Of a stretch of 64,000 nt of DNA, positions 48,398-58,311 are shown one piece after another (position 1 is the first letter of the stretch; each line of letters starts with the position of its first letter). Made by a program: the position numbers and the translations under genes. The notes beneath the pieces were generated by a model, which was not told where the DNA came from, made no database searches, and worked only from the letters and a program-made list of their open reading frames with translations. The DNA comes from Treponemataceae bacterium (GTDB lineage Bacteria > Spirochaetota > Spirochaetia > Treponematales > Rectinemataceae), in assembly GCA_963677895.2 (NCBI GenBank), contig CAXXGJ010000017.1, positions 96,001 through 160,000 of the forward strand. Reading direction: 5' to 3'.

Positions 48398-49194
48398 GTT
48401 TTTTCTCCCATAGTGAAAGCGGCGACCTCGGCCGCCACCAGGGCCGGCCGCTCGATGACGGCCGCGTGGCCCGCCCCCGGCAGCACCTTGAGGATGGAGC
48501 CCGCGATATTTGCCGCTATGATGGAAGCGAATCCTCTGTGTTTCAGTATATCCCGTTCCCCGACGAGCACAAGGGTTCGACAGGTTATGCGATTTAGTTT
48601 TGGCGTCAAGTCTATGGAGAGGAAGGCGCGGCAGAGCCCCGCGAAAGCCTCGAACCATTCTCTCGGCAGCGATGCCACCGAGTCTTCCCTGGTTTTAAGG
48701 ATGCCGGAATTCGCCGCGATATAGTCCGAAGAGTAATTCCACGGCAGGATCGTCCTGTAGAAAACCCTGGCGTCGCAGAGCGCCGCGGCCATCCATGATT
48801 CGACCGTCGCCCTGAGAAGAGCATCCAGCTCGCTCACCCCGTCGATGATCGTCAAAGAAAGGCATTTTTCCGGATGGGCGATGGCAAAAGCCAAAGCCAC
48901 CTCCGCGCCGTAGGAGGTTCCGACAATGTGCGCTTCTTGAATGGACAATCCCTCCATGAGCGCCGCCAGATCTTCGGCGTGGCCTTCGAGGCTGTAGGAA
49001 GAAGTCGGCTTTTCGCTCAACGTCTGACCGCGCATATCGTGGCAGAGCGCGCGGCATTTACCGCCGAGAGCTTCCATGACGGGTTTCCAGTGCCCGATCG
49101 ACATCGCGATGCCGTTGAGAAAGACCAGGGCTGGTCCCTCGGTCCCGAAAAGTTCATAACGGAGTCTCGCGCCGTTGGCGATGAAATCCGGCAT
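48394..49194 (-). CDS. Alpha/beta hydrolase (PcaD-like)
   Basis: LNGIAMS, DMRGQ, GTSYGA nucleophile, GERD and AGHA; GGAG RBS. Confidence 0.88.
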   Translation of the reverse strand: MPDFIANGARLRYELFGTEGPALVFLNGIAMSIGHWKPVMEALGGKCRALCHDMRGQTLSEKPTSSYSLEGHAEDLAALMEGLSIQEAHIVGTSYGAEVALAFAIAHPEKCLSLTIIDGVSELDALLRATVESWMAAALCDARVFYRTILPWNYSSDYIAANSGILKTREDSVASLPREWFEAFAGLCRAFLSIDLTPKLNRITCRTLVLVGERDILKHRGFASIIAANIAGSILKVLPGAGHAAVIERPALVAAEVAAFTMGEKT

Positions 49195-49204
49195 ACGGAA
49201 TCTC

Positions 49205-49906
49205 CTAAAGCCCCAGATAGGACTTGAGCACGTATGGATTCGTGCGCAGGCCCTCGGCGCTGTCCTCGATGACAATTTTCCCGTTCTCCAGCACATAGCC
49301 GCGGTCTATGGACCTGAGGCTCTCGCGGACGTTCTGTTCGGTCACGAGAATGGAAACCGATTTCTTCAGCGTCTTGAGCACCTCAAAAACCTCGGCGACG
49401 ATGGATGGCTGAAGGCCGAGCGAGGGTTCGTCGAGTATGAGAAGTTTGGGATCCGACATGAGTGCCCTCGCGATGGCGACCATGCGCTGCTGCCCGCCCG
49501 ACATCGTCCCCGCGAGCTGCCTGCGCCTTTCCTTGAGAATCGGGAACATCGTGAACACTTTGTCGAGATGATCCTTAGTCTTGGCCTTGGCGTGGGGAAT
49601 ATAGGCGGCTCCCAGCAGGAGATTGTCCTCCACCGACATGCCGGGGAATAGTTCCCGTTCCTGAGGAACGAGGGCTACGCCCATCCTGGCCATGATATGC
49701 GTCTCCGTGCCCTCGACGCGTTTGCCTTCCAATTCGATGCCGCCCGCCCAGACTTTATTCATGCCCATGACGGCGTTTATTAGGGTAGTCTTGCCGGCCC
49801 CGTTCGGACCGAAGAGACCCACGGATTCGGCTCCCACTTCCAGGTTCACGCCCTGGATCACCTTCATCCGGCCGTAGCCGCATTCCAGACCTTGTATTTT
49901 AAGCAT
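49205..49906 (-). CDS. livF: Liv-type ABC transporter ATP-binding protein
   Basis: [17 protein letters not shown] and DEPSLGL. Confidence 0.85.
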   Translation of the reverse strand: MLKIQGLECGYGRMKVIQGVNLEVGAESVGLFGPNGAGKTTLINAVMGMNKVWAGGIELEGKRVEGTETHIMARMGVALVPQERELFPGMSVEDNLLLGAAYIPHAKAKTKDHLDKVFTMFPILKERRRQLAGTMSGGQQRMVAIARALMSDPKLLILDEPSLGLQPSIVAEVFEVLKTLKKSVSILVTEQNVRESLRSIDRGYVLENGKIVIEDSAEGLRTNPYVLKSYLGL

Positions 49907-50625
49907 CAGGCGGCTCCTCCGAGATAGGCTTCGATGACGCGGGGATTCCTGGATACTTCCTCGTAAGGACCCTGGGCGATGAGTTCCCCGGCTTCCAGGA
50001 CGATGACGCGGTGCGTCAGCTCGCGAATGACGCCCATGACGTGCTCCACCACACCCACCGCCAATCCGCGCTCCTTGGCGACCTTCTGGACCGTGGCGAT
50101 CAGGTCTTTCGTTTCGTCGGAGTTGAGGCCGGCCATCACCTCGTCGAGGAAAAGCACCTCAGGTTCGTTGGCCAGAGCCCTGGCGATCTCCATCTTCTTC
50201 ACCTCGAGAATCGTGAGACGGCTGGTGTCCCTTTCGATATCCTTGAGGCCGAGTTCGGCGCAGAGGTCTTCGGCCTTGCGTCTGGCCGCCCTGAGCCCGT
50301 TGCCGCGGGCGAAGATCGAACCCACCATGACGTTCTCCACGAGGCTCAAGTTTTCGAGGGGGTGGATGAGCTGGTAGGTTCTCGCTATGCCCATGCGCGC
50401 CCGCTCGTGAGCGGGCGCGTAGGTGATATCCTGCCCTTTGTATTCTATTTTTCCCTCGCTCGGCATGATGATGCCCGAAACGAGGTTGATGAAGGTCGTC
50501 TTTCCGGCGCCGTTCGGCCCTATGATGCCGAGGATTTCGCCCGAATCCATGGAGAAGGACACCTTGTTCACGGCCACGAGACCCAGGAAGCGCCTCGTGA
50601 GGTCGGTAGTCTTGAGCTTAGTCAT
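49906..50625 (-). CDS. livG: Liv-type ABC transporter ATP-binding protein
   Basis: Start MTKLKTT (ATGA overlap); [17 protein letters not shown] and VIEAYLG. Confidence 0.85.
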   Translation of the reverse strand: MTKLKTTDLTRRFLGLVAVNKVSFSMDSGEILGIIGPNGAGKTTFINLVSGIIMPSEGKIEYKGQDITYAPAHERARMGIARTYQLIHPLENLSLVENVMVGSIFARGNGLRAARRKAEDLCAELGLKDIERDTSRLTILEVKKMEIARALANEPEVLFLDEVMAGLNSDETKDLIATVQKVAKERGLAVGVVEHVMGVIRELTHRVIVLEAGELIAQGPYEEVSRNPRVIEAYLGGAA

Positions 50626-51560
50626 TTTGTCTTCCTTCCGGTTTTGCCCATCGCTTTCCGAGCGACCCCGAGCAGACCCTGGGGCATGCACAGGATTACG
50701 AATATGATCATGATTCCGTACACGACGAGATGGCCATAGGGAATCTTCAGCTTGAGCCACTCCGCGACCAGGCCGAGGAGAAGGCCTCCGAGGATCGGGC
50801 CCACCGTGCTGTGGATGCCTCCGAGCAGGGCCATCGCGAGGGGAAGGAGGGTGAAGTCGGCGCTGAACACGGTGTCGGGCGAGGCGAAGCCGTAAGACAT
50901 CGCGAAAATGCCGCCGATCATACCCTGGATGGCCGATGTCACCACGAAGGTGACGAGGAGCCAGCGGAAAATGTCCACACCGGAAGACCTGGCCGAAATT
51001 TCGTTGTTCCTGATGGCGGTGAGCGCGAAACGGACGCGGCTTTTCTCGAACCAGTATGAAGCGCCTAACGCCACGGCGAGACCGGCGAGGGTGAGAAAAT
51101 AGAGACTGCTGGATTTGCCGCCGAAGATGATGCCTTCCTGGACGACGATGCCCTCGGGACCGCCCGAGAATTCCTTCATGTTCTGTATGATGATGCGGAA
51201 TATCTCGCCCAACGCGAGAGTGACGATCGAGAAGTAGGTATGCCTCAGCCTGAGGATGAGGAAGCCGATAAGGAAGGCCACTATGCCAGAGAAGAGACCG
51301 GCGAAGGGAATCGAAAGCCATCCGGGCATTCCGCCCCTCACGACGCCGAGGATCGAAGCATAGGCTCCCAAGCCCACGAGGCCGGCGATGCCGAACGATA
51401 TCTGCCCCGAGCGCAGGAGCATGTCCCAGGTGATGGCGAGGGCCATATACATCATGACGTTGCGCGCTACCTGAAGCGGGTAGTCTCCCGCGAAAGCGGG
51501 CAATGTCAGCGCGAGCACGGCGGCGATCGCGGCGAAAGTCCGGGCTACGTTGCGGTTCAC
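50622..51560 (-). CDS. livM: Liv-type ABC transporter permease
   Basis: [14 protein letters not shown] and GGPEG. Confidence 0.85.
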   Translation of the reverse strand: MNRNVARTFAAIAAVLALTLPAFAGDYPLQVARNVMMYMALAITWDMLLRSGQISFGIAGLVGLGAYASILGVVRGGMPGWLSIPFAGLFSGIVAFLIGFLILRLRHTYFSIVTLALGEIFRIIIQNMKEFSGGPEGIVVQEGIIFGGKSSSLYFLTLAGLAVALGASYWFEKSRVRFALTAIRNNEISARSSGVDIFRWLLVTFVVTSAIQGMIGGIFAMSYGFASPDTVFSADFTLLPLAMALLGGIHSTVGPILGGLLLGLVAEWLKLKIPYGHLVVYGIMIIFVILCMPQGLLGVARKAMGKTGRKTK

Positions 51561-52480
51561 GACTTCCTCCCTTTCAGGGAACGGCTCAGGATGACGACGA
51601 TGATGAGGACGAAGAACACGATGTCAGCCCATTCGCGGGTTCCGCGGAAGGCGCGCAGGAAACTCTCGGAAATGCCGAGGAGAATGCTCGCGCTCAGGAT
51701 GCCGGGAATGTTGCCTACGCCGGCCATGGCCACGAGGCAGAAACTCTTCATTGTGAAGGGCGATCCGACGCTCGGGAAGATGGCTGATTTCGTGAGGAAA
51801 AGCGCGCCCATCGCGCCGAGGAGGGCTGTGGCTATCGCGAACACGAGGCCGTAGATCCGGTTGACGTCGATGCCGACGATCGCGGCGCCGCGCGGATTCT
51901 GGCCCACAGCGAGAGCGGCCTTGCCGGTCGTCGTCTTCGTGAGGAAGAATGTCAGCCCATAGGTGAAAAGGATGGCGGCGGCGACGAAAACGAAGGACCA
52001 GACGCCGAAGGTGAGTTCGCCGATGTCCATAGAGGCCGAAACGTAGTCGAGCGACATCTTGAAGGTCTGCGAGGTGAAGGCCAGGTTGATGGCCTGGCTG
52101 AAGACGATCGATATGCCGAAGGTGAGGATGAGCTGGTTGAGTTCGGGAGCCTTGAGCGCCCGCCGGATCGTCAATTGGAAGATGACCCAGCCAAAGAGGG
52201 CGGTGACGAGGGCCGTCGGGACGATGGCGAGGAGGGGATCCATGCCCAGAGCCTTGCAGGCGAAATAGGTAGCGTAGGAGGCCATCATCATGAATTCGCC
52301 GTGGGCGAGGTTCACGATGTGGACGATTCCGAGCACGAGTCCCATGGGGATCGCGATCGCCGCGTAGAGCCCCGCGGACTGCAGGCCGTAGATGAGGACG
52401 GTCGGCTTCCACAGGATGATAGCGATCACGGCTACCGTACACAGAGCTAGGAGGATAGCTGTTCGTTTTTTCAGTGCCAT
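51557..52480 (-). CDS. livH: Liv-type ABC transporter permease
   Basis: IVNLAHGEF and GKAALAVGQNP..A..VGID. Confidence 0.85.
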   Translation of the reverse strand: MALKKRTAILLALCTVAVIAIILWKPTVLIYGLQSAGLYAAIAIPMGLVLGIVHIVNLAHGEFMMMASYATYFACKALGMDPLLAIVPTALVTALFGWVIFQLTIRRALKAPELNQLILTFGISIVFSQAINLAFTSQTFKMSLDYVSASMDIGELTFGVWSFVFVAAAILFTYGLTFFLTKTTTGKAALAVGQNPRGAAIVGIDVNRIYGLVFAIATALLGAMGALFLTKSAIFPSVGSPFTMKSFCLVAMAGVGNIPGILSASILLGISESFLRAFRGTREWADIVFFVLIIVVILSRSLKGRKS

Positions 52481-52509
52481 CTTGACTGCCTTTTTACTGG
52501 AATAAAATG

Positions 52510-52560
52510 CCGCGGGGCGGCGCGGGCGATCTTCTGGAGATCGCCCGCGAAACCTCGCGG
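52510..52560 (-). other. Stable stem-loop between the binding-protein gene and livH
   Basis: CGCGGGCGATCT-tctgg-AGATCGCCCGCG with outer CCGCGGGG/CCTCGCGG arms; typical position for an mRNA-stabilising or attenuating hairpin. Confidence 0.6.
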
Positions 52561-52587
52561 TAATACATTAAAAATACGGAACCGTTC

Positions 52588-53802
52588 TCACTTCCACGCG
52601 GGGAAAGGATACACGGGCTCAGAGGTGGCCGCTTCGAAGGGCCAGATCACTTCCTGGAAACCGTTCTGCCACTGCAGGATTTTCTGCCTGGTGATTCCCT
52701 GGTGCTTGATGACGTTGGACGGCTTGAAGGTGATGGTCTCTCCGAGGGCCGAAGCGTACTTCGTCGCCTCGAGAGCCTTGACGAGCGGCGCGGTTTCGGT
52801 GGTGCCGGCGGCCTTGATGCCGTTGGCCAGGATATGGACCGCGTCATAGGCCAGAAGGGCGAAATAAGTGGCCGGTTCTTCCCTGAATTTCTTGACGTAG
52901 GCATCGTAGAATTTCTTGCTCGTGGCGTTGCCTTCGTTCATGGCCGTCGACCACATTCCGTAGAGCATCACGTTGCGCGAAAGCTTGGACGATCCGAAGC
53001 CGATGGGCCATCCGGGGGGCGCTCCGAGATAGATGCCGGGGCTGAACTTCATGGCCTTGGACTGCTCAAGCAGGGGAAGAGCGTCGGCGTCGTAGCCGGC
53101 CCATATGAAGAGGTCTGGTTTGTAGCTCTTGGCAGCTTCGAGGACAGCGGTGTAGTCGCCGCCGCCGAGGGCCGCGCTCTTGAAGGGCGCGCCGTCGATC
53201 GTGAAGCGGCTGGCGCTTCCGCCGAAAAGGGTCTTCGTCGCGGTCCAGGAGGACTGGCCGAAGGCGCCTTCCTCGTAGGCGAGGAAGATCTTCTTAACCT
53301 GGACGTTCGGGTACTTCGCCATGATGGCATTCCAGCCCTCGAGGTAGGAAGCGCCCTGATTGTAATCCCATGGATGCAGATGGAAATAGAAATCGGATTC
53401 GGGCGAGGGACCGAGCGCCTTCTCGACCGTCGAGCTCGCGGCCGCGCCGGTGGACATGACGACCTTGCCGTATTTCTTGAAGACGGGGATCTTGCCGAGT
53501 TCGGCGCCGGAAGCCATGCCGCCAAGAAAAACGTCTACCTTGTCCACGGTGGCCAGCTTCTCGACCTGAGCCGCGGCCTTGTCGGCCTTGCCCTCATCAT
53601 CGGCGACGATGAGTTCGAGTTTCTTGCCGAGAACGCCGCCGGCCGCGTTGATTTCATCGACGGCGATCTGGGCGGCCTTGCTGCCCTGGTTTCCGGTGAT
53701 GTCGGCGAGCATCCAGATACCGCCGATCTTGATGGTGCCCTGCGCGAAAACGCCGCCCGACAAGAGGGCCAGCGCCGCAAGAACCAAAAGGATTCGTTTC
53801 AT
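52588..53802 (-). CDS. Liv/LivK-type ABC substrate-binding protein
   Basis: Signal peptide (VFA-Q), AVDEINAAGGVLGKKLEL...DDEG and AYDAV; GGAGG RBS. Confidence 0.9.
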   Translation of the reverse strand: MKRILLVLAALALLSGGVFAQGTIKIGGIWMLADITGNQGSKAAQIAVDEINAAGGVLGKKLELIVADDEGKADKAAAQVEKLATVDKVDVFLGGMASGAELGKIPVFKKYGKVVMSTGAAASSTVEKALGPSPESDFYFHLHPWDYNQGASYLEGWNAIMAKYPNVQVKKIFLAYEEGAFGQSSWTATKTLFGGSASRFTIDGAPFKSAALGGGDYTAVLEAAKSYKPDLFIWAGYDADALPLLEQSKAMKFSPGIYLGAPPGWPIGFGSSKLSRNVMLYGMWSTAMNEGNATSKKFYDAYVKKFREEPATYFALLAYDAVHILANGIKAAGTTETAPLVKALEATKYASALGETITFKPSNVIKHQGITRQKILQWQNGFQEVIWPFEAATSEPVYPFPAWK

Positions 53803-53912
53803 TCAAGCCTCCCTGGGACCGCCTAACTCGGCTGCCCCTTTTTCTATCCGGTCCGGAATGCCCGGCCGGCATTGACCAACATAAAGGGCGCGGCGAAGCG
53901 CCCCCGGCGTCT

Positions 53913-54650
53913 TTAGAGCACCAGTCCGCCGTCCACGCGCAGCACCTGGCCCGTGATGAATACCGATTCCTCCGAACAGAGGAAAAGCACGGCGTTGGCG
54001 ATGTCGATAGGCATTGCCAGCCGTCCGAGCGGCGTCTTCGCGATGATGGGCTCGAGGACCTTTTCGGGAACGGACTCGATCATCGGCGTCCTGCAGTAGC
54101 CCGGCGATACAGAGTTGACCCTGATCTTCGCGCCCTTGCGGGCGAATTCCTTGGCCCAGCCCTTGGTCATGGCCACGACGCCGCCCTTGGTGGCGGCGTA
54201 GTTGGACTGGCCGATATTGCCGTCCAGCCCGACGACAGAGGCTATGGAGACGATGGCACCGCTTCCGCCCGCCATCATCTGGGGAGCGACCGCCCGCGTC
54301 ATCTTGAAGACGCCGGTGAGGTTGACGTTGATGACCGCGGCCCAGTCGTCGTCGCTCATCTTCTGGATGAGGGCGTCGCGCGTTATGCCCGCGTTGTTGA
54401 CGAGGGCGTCGATGCGGCCGAATTCGGCCTGGACTTTCTCGACGAAAGCCTGGATCTGCGCGGTGTCGGTGACGTTGAGCACGGCGCCTCTCACATTGCT
54501 CCTGCCGGCTTCGAGTTCGGGGAAGGCCGCGTCGTTGACGTCGACGGCGAAAACCATGGCGGCGCCCTCTTCGGCGAAGCGGTCGACGATCGCGCGGCCT
54601 ATGCCGCGGGCGCCGCCCGTCACTATGCAAACCTTGTCCTTCATTCTCAT
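53913..54650 (-). CDS. fabG: Beta-ketoacyl (ACP/CoA) reductase, FabG/PhaB-like SDR
   Basis: TGGARGIG, NNAGITRD, GNIGQSNYAATK and TGQVLRVDGG. Confidence 0.85.
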   Translation of the reverse strand: MRMKDKVCIVTGGARGIGRAIVDRFAEEGAAMVFAVDVNDAAFPELEAGRSNVRGAVLNVTDTAQIQAFVEKVQAEFGRIDALVNNAGITRDALIQKMSDDDWAAVINVNLTGVFKMTRAVAPQMMAGGSGAIVSIASVVGLDGNIGQSNYAATKGGVVAMTKGWAKEFARKGAKIRVNSVSPGYCRTPMIESVPEKVLEPIIAKTPLGRLAMPIDIANAVLFLCSEESVFITGQVLRVDGGLVL

Positions 54651-54760
54651 ATGATTCCTCCCAATACTAACTATTTCTATTCACAGACTTCCTGACCGAC
54701 GGAATCGCGACGCCTACGGCGCGGTTCCGTCGCGTCAAAGGATAGTGACGCTCAACGTCA

Positions 54761-55774
54761 TTATCCCTTGACGATTCCCCATCGGACGATCGTGCTCGCC
54801 CACACGAAGCCGAGGCCGGCGCCCACGAGGACGATGTTGGCGCCTTCCCTGATCTTCCCCGACTCCAACCCGAGCTTCATGGACAGAAGCTGGTCGTTCT
54901 GTCCTATATGGCCGTAATCCTCGAGATAGGTAGACTGCCCCGCCTCAAGACCGAGTTCCGCGAGAACAGCCTCGTGCGCGCTGCGCTTGAAGTGGAGGAT
55001 GGCGAGATAGTCGATGTCGGATTGATCGAGCCCCGATTTCGCGAGCGCGTCGCGGATGACGCCATAAAAGTTGGGCATCGTCACCTCGCCCAGCTTGGCC
55101 TTGAAGGCCGCCTCGTCGGGCACGACGAAAAAGGGCCTCGCGGCGTCCTCGGGCTTGGGGGGCCAGGCTTTGGAACCCAGCACCGGCACCACGCACATCT
55201 CGGAAAGCGATCCATCGCCCCTGAAAGCGGATGAAAGGATGGCGTTTTTCCCCAAATCCTTCACGAGCACGCAGGCCGAGCCGCCCGATCCGATGTCCAT
55301 CATGAATCGCGTGGGCGGATAGGCGAGGTCGATGAGATCGTTGTTGCGATAGCCCGATACGAGAAGGACGGTCTTGAGGTCGTCCCTGGCGAGCATGAGG
55401 GACTTGGCCACGTCGAGCGCCGCCATCATCGATCCGCACATGGCTTCCATGTCGAAACTCCAGGCGCGGCTGGCGCCCAGCCGGTTGGCGACATTGAGCC
55501 CTGCGAGCCAGCATGGATAATCCTTGTGCTGGGCGCCGCACCAGATGACGAGGTCCAATTCCCGGGCTTCAACGCCAGCTTCGTCGAGCGCATCCACCGC
55601 GGCCTTGTAGCCCATGTCGGAGGTCGTGTTGTCGGGACCGGCCACCGGCTTCCGGTTTACGCCGAATTTTCTGGCTATGACATCTTCCGGTACGCCGCTC
55701 GCCTGGGCCAGATCGGCGGCGGTGGTATAGGTATCGGGTAAAAAAACCCCGATACCGGCGATTCCTATATGCAT
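54761..55774 (-). CDS. 3-oxoacyl-ACP synthase III (FabH)-fold protein, Cys-His-His variant
   Basis: AMCGS (Cys), LAILHFK (His), YGHIGQND (His at the Asn position) and AGLGFVW; GGAG RBS before ATG 55774. Confidence 0.85.
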   Translation of the reverse strand: MHIGIAGIGVFLPDTYTTAADLAQASGVPEDVIARKFGVNRKPVAGPDNTTSDMGYKAAVDALDEAGVEARELDLVIWCGAQHKDYPCWLAGLNVANRLGASRAWSFDMEAMCGSMMAALDVAKSLMLARDDLKTVLLVSGYRNNDLIDLAYPPTRFMMDIGSGGSACVLVKDLGKNAILSSAFRGDGSLSEMCVVPVLGSKAWPPKPEDAARPFFVVPDEAAFKAKLGEVTMPNFYGVIRDALAKSGLDQSDIDYLAILHFKRSAHEAVLAELGLEAGQSTYLEDYGHIGQNDQLLSMKLGLESGKIREGANIVLVGAGLGFVWASTIVRWGIVKG

Positions 55775-55790
55775 CCCAAACTCCATGAAG

Positions 55791-55808
55791 AGTGAATCAT
55801 CTCTCACT
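55791..55808. promoter_or_regulatory. Putative TetR operator 1, just downstream of the leftward -10 box
   Basis: AGTGA-atcatctc-TCACT palindrome; near-identical to the site at 56027. Confidence 0.65.
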
Positions 55809-55985
55809 ATCATATCCATCGGTTTCCTCAATCCGTCAAGGGCAAATTTGTGATATTTTTAACAATTATGGATCATAGGATTATAAGAAATTTCTATCTT
55901 ATTTTATTATATATATTTATAAAGTTTGAATTACCGATGGCATATCCATGATCCGCGGCCTCCGCTCTTTTTTTCGGAATCGCAC

Positions 55986-56014
55986 TTGCGCGATCCGGCC
56001 AAGCGCCTTATACT
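55986..56014 (+). promoter_or_regulatory. Sigma70 promoter of the tetR operon
   Basis: TTGCGC-N17-TATACT. Confidence 0.6.
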
Positions 56015-56026
56015 ATTTTTCAAGAT

Positions 56027-56043
56027 ATGAACCATCTCTCATT
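56027..56043. promoter_or_regulatory. Putative TetR operator 2, just downstream of the tetR promoter
   Basis: ATGA-accatctc-TCAT; 14 of 16 bases identical to operator 1. Confidence 0.65.
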
Positions 56044-56098
56044 CATATCCGCGCGGAATTTTGATCGAGAGAAACTTCGTAATACCTGGGGAAAAGCG

Positions 56099-57241
56099 AT
56101 GGACAAATCCATATCTGACAAGGAAGAAGCTCCAGGAAGCCGGGATCGGCTCGTTTTCTCGACCATAGAGCTTCTCTCGGAAAAATGGTATGGAACGGTG
56201 TCGGTGGCCGAGATATGCAGGCACGCCGGCCTGTCCAACGGGCTTTTCTATCGTTATTTCCAGAGCAAGGAAGAGATATTCAAACATATCCTCGAACTTG
56301 TCATCGAGAAAATCGCCGAGGCTCTCTCGAACCTTCCCGGCGAAACGCAGCGCGAGAAGCTGGAGCTCTTCGCGAAAAATATTTTTGAGTTCTCGCGCGA
56401 CAACCGCTCCCTCGTGAAGGTTTTCCGCGAAGGGCAATATCGATTTTTCGAATACGAAAGACGCCTGATGGCGGTCTATACCGAGGCTTTAGGCAGGGTT
56501 ACCGGAGGGAAAGTCCCCCTTTCCTCCTATGTATTCGCCCTCGGGGGACTTCGTTTCGCGGCCATCCGTTCGGCCTTCCACGGCATTCCCGCACGCCTTC
56601 CCGTCCTTCAGCGAATACTCGAAGAAGGCATGTTCAGGCAGTACGACTTCGATCCCGCCAAGGTTTTCTCGACATCCATCACGCCGCTTCCCCTCGACGT
56701 GATGCCCGATGCCAGGGAACGGATCCTTCGCGAAGGCAAGACGCTGATCGGGAAGCAGGGATATTTCGAGACGAACATTCACGAGATCACGACGGCGGCC
56801 GGCCTTTCGACGGGCGCCTTCTACACGTACTTCACGAACAAGGAAGCTTTCTTCGCCGAACTCATCCACAGGGTCGGCAGGGAAGTTAGGCGCTTCATAT
56901 CCATCAATCTCGACCCATCGCTCAACAGGCTGGAGCGCGAGCTTCGCGGCCTCTGGCTTTTTATCGTCTACCTGTCGCTGGAAAGATATTGCTATGGCAT
57001 CGTGAGGGAGGCCGAATTCGTCCTGCCCGAAGCCGCCAAGGCATATTACGACGCCTTCGTCGACGGCTACCGGGAACATGACGAGAGCGTCCAGATGATC
57101 GACGAAACGACGGAGATCGAATTCATGCTGGGCGTCGCGCATTATCTGGGAATCGAGGTGATATTCGATCAATCGCCGGAGAACGCCAGAACGGTGATAA
57201 GCGAAATAGGAAAATTCTACCGCTTCGGCTATGGAGGATGA
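56099..57241 (+). CDS. TetR/AcrR-family regulator with two tandem TetR units
   Basis: HTH 1 SVAEICRHAGLSNGLFYRYFQSKEE and HTH 2 TNIHEITTAAGLSTGAFYTYFTNKE. Confidence 0.9.
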   Translation: MDKSISDKEEAPGSRDRLVFSTIELLSEKWYGTVSVAEICRHAGLSNGLFYRYFQSKEEIFKHILELVIEKIAEALSNLPGETQREKLELFAKNIFEFSRDNRSLVKVFREGQYRFFEYERRLMAVYTEALGRVTGGKVPLSSYVFALGGLRFAAIRSAFHGIPARLPVLQRILEEGMFRQYDFDPAKVFSTSITPLPLDVMPDARERILREGKTLIGKQGYFETNIHEITTAAGLSTGAFYTYFTNKEAFFAELIHRVGREVRRFISINLDPSLNRLERELRGLWLFIVYLSLERYCYGIVREAEFVLPEAAKAYYDAFVDGYREHDESVQMIDETTEIEFMLGVAHYLGIEVIFDQSPENARTVISEIGKFYRFGYGG

Positions 57242-57242
57242 T

Positions 57243-58250
57243 ATGGCAGTCGCGCGCATCATAGGCACGGGAATCTACGCACCGGGCGATCCCATCGACA
57301 ACGCGAAACTGAAACGACTGACGGGCATAGAATTCGGCGCGGCGAAGCACGAGGCCAAACTTGGAATCGCGCAACGTCATGTCGCGAGGCTGTCTGGTCT
57401 CGACGAAACCACCGCCGATTTCGCGGAAAAGGCCGCGCGTGCTGCGTTGGCCGACGCGGCGCTCGATCCCATGGAAGTGGGGATGTTCGTCGTGGCGACC
57501 GACACGCCCGAGTATATTTCGCCCGCCACGGGAATTCTGCTCCAGGGCCGCCTGCAGAGGGGCGAGACGGAATCGCGCGCCTTCGACGTGGGAGCTTCCT
57601 GCGCGAGTTTCGTCACGGCGCTGGACATGGCCGCCCGCGCCGTCGCCTCCGACCCCAGCCTGCGCTACGCGCTCGTCGTGGGCGTCTACAACATGCCGGC
57701 CTACATCCGCGACGGCGACGCCTTCGGCTGGTCGATTTTCGCCGACGGCGCGGGCGCCGTCCTTCTCGAGCGCGCCGAAAGCGGCGATTTCGGTTATGTC
57801 GACGGCGTCTTCCGCGCCGACGGCACCCAGTGGAACTACGTCGGCGTCTACGCGGGCGGAACCCGCAAACCCGTCACGAGGGAACTACTCGACGCGGGCA
57901 CCTACGGCCTTGAACTGCTCCAGCGCCTTCCGGGCGACAGAAACGTGAAGCTGTGGCCGCCCCTCGTGCGGCGCCTCCTCGAAAAGGCCGGCGTCGCGCA
58001 GTCCGAAGTCGCCCACTACATCTTCACCCAGATCAACCGGTCGGTCATCGCCGAAGTGATGGGCATCCTCGGCGAGCCCATGGAAAAGACGACGACCATC
58101 ATGGACCGCTTCGGCTACACAGGTTCGGCCTGCGTGCCCATGGCCCTCCACGAGGCGCTCCTGGCCGGAACCGTCCACAGGGGCGATCTCGTCGTCCTCG
58201 TGGCGTCGGGGGCGGGGCTCGCCGTCGGCGCCTCGCTGATCCGTCTATGA
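57243..58250 (+). CDS. FabH-fold protein lacking the His/Asn decarboxylation residues
   Basis: ASCASF (Cys), IFADGAGA, IFTQIN (Thr for His) and FGYTGSAC (Tyr for Asn); GGAGG RBS. Confidence 0.85.
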   Translation: MAVARIIGTGIYAPGDPIDNAKLKRLTGIEFGAAKHEAKLGIAQRHVARLSGLDETTADFAEKAARAALADAALDPMEVGMFVVATDTPEYISPATGILLQGRLQRGETESRAFDVGASCASFVTALDMAARAVASDPSLRYALVVGVYNMPAYIRDGDAFGWSIFADGAGAVLLERAESGDFGYVDGVFRADGTQWNYVGVYAGGTRKPVTRELLDAGTYGLELLQRLPGDRNVKLWPPLVRRLLEKAGVAQSEVAHYIFTQINRSVIAEVMGILGEPMEKTTTIMDRFGYTGSACVPMALHEALLAGTVHRGDLVVLVASGAGLAVGASLIRL

Positions 58251-58311
58251 AATACCCGCGGCCGGGACATGTCAGGCGGCCGCCTAAACTCTGCCAGTAA
58301 AGGAGCACACC

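Noticed and set aside
16864..51321. Long N-terminal extensions in the ORF track for the MFS (18405), ldcA (23212), alr2 (25774), acyl-CoA synthetase (41249), hydrolase (48658) and livG (51321) genes
   Set aside because: The extensions are Arg/Pro/Gly-rich shadows of upstream genes or spacers; downstream starts with an RBS or stop/start overlap fit family lengths.
49205..53802. Literal branched-chain amino-acid transporter
   Set aside because: The liv symbols denote family only; the acyl-CoA/esterase context argues for another substrate, so specificity is left unassigned.
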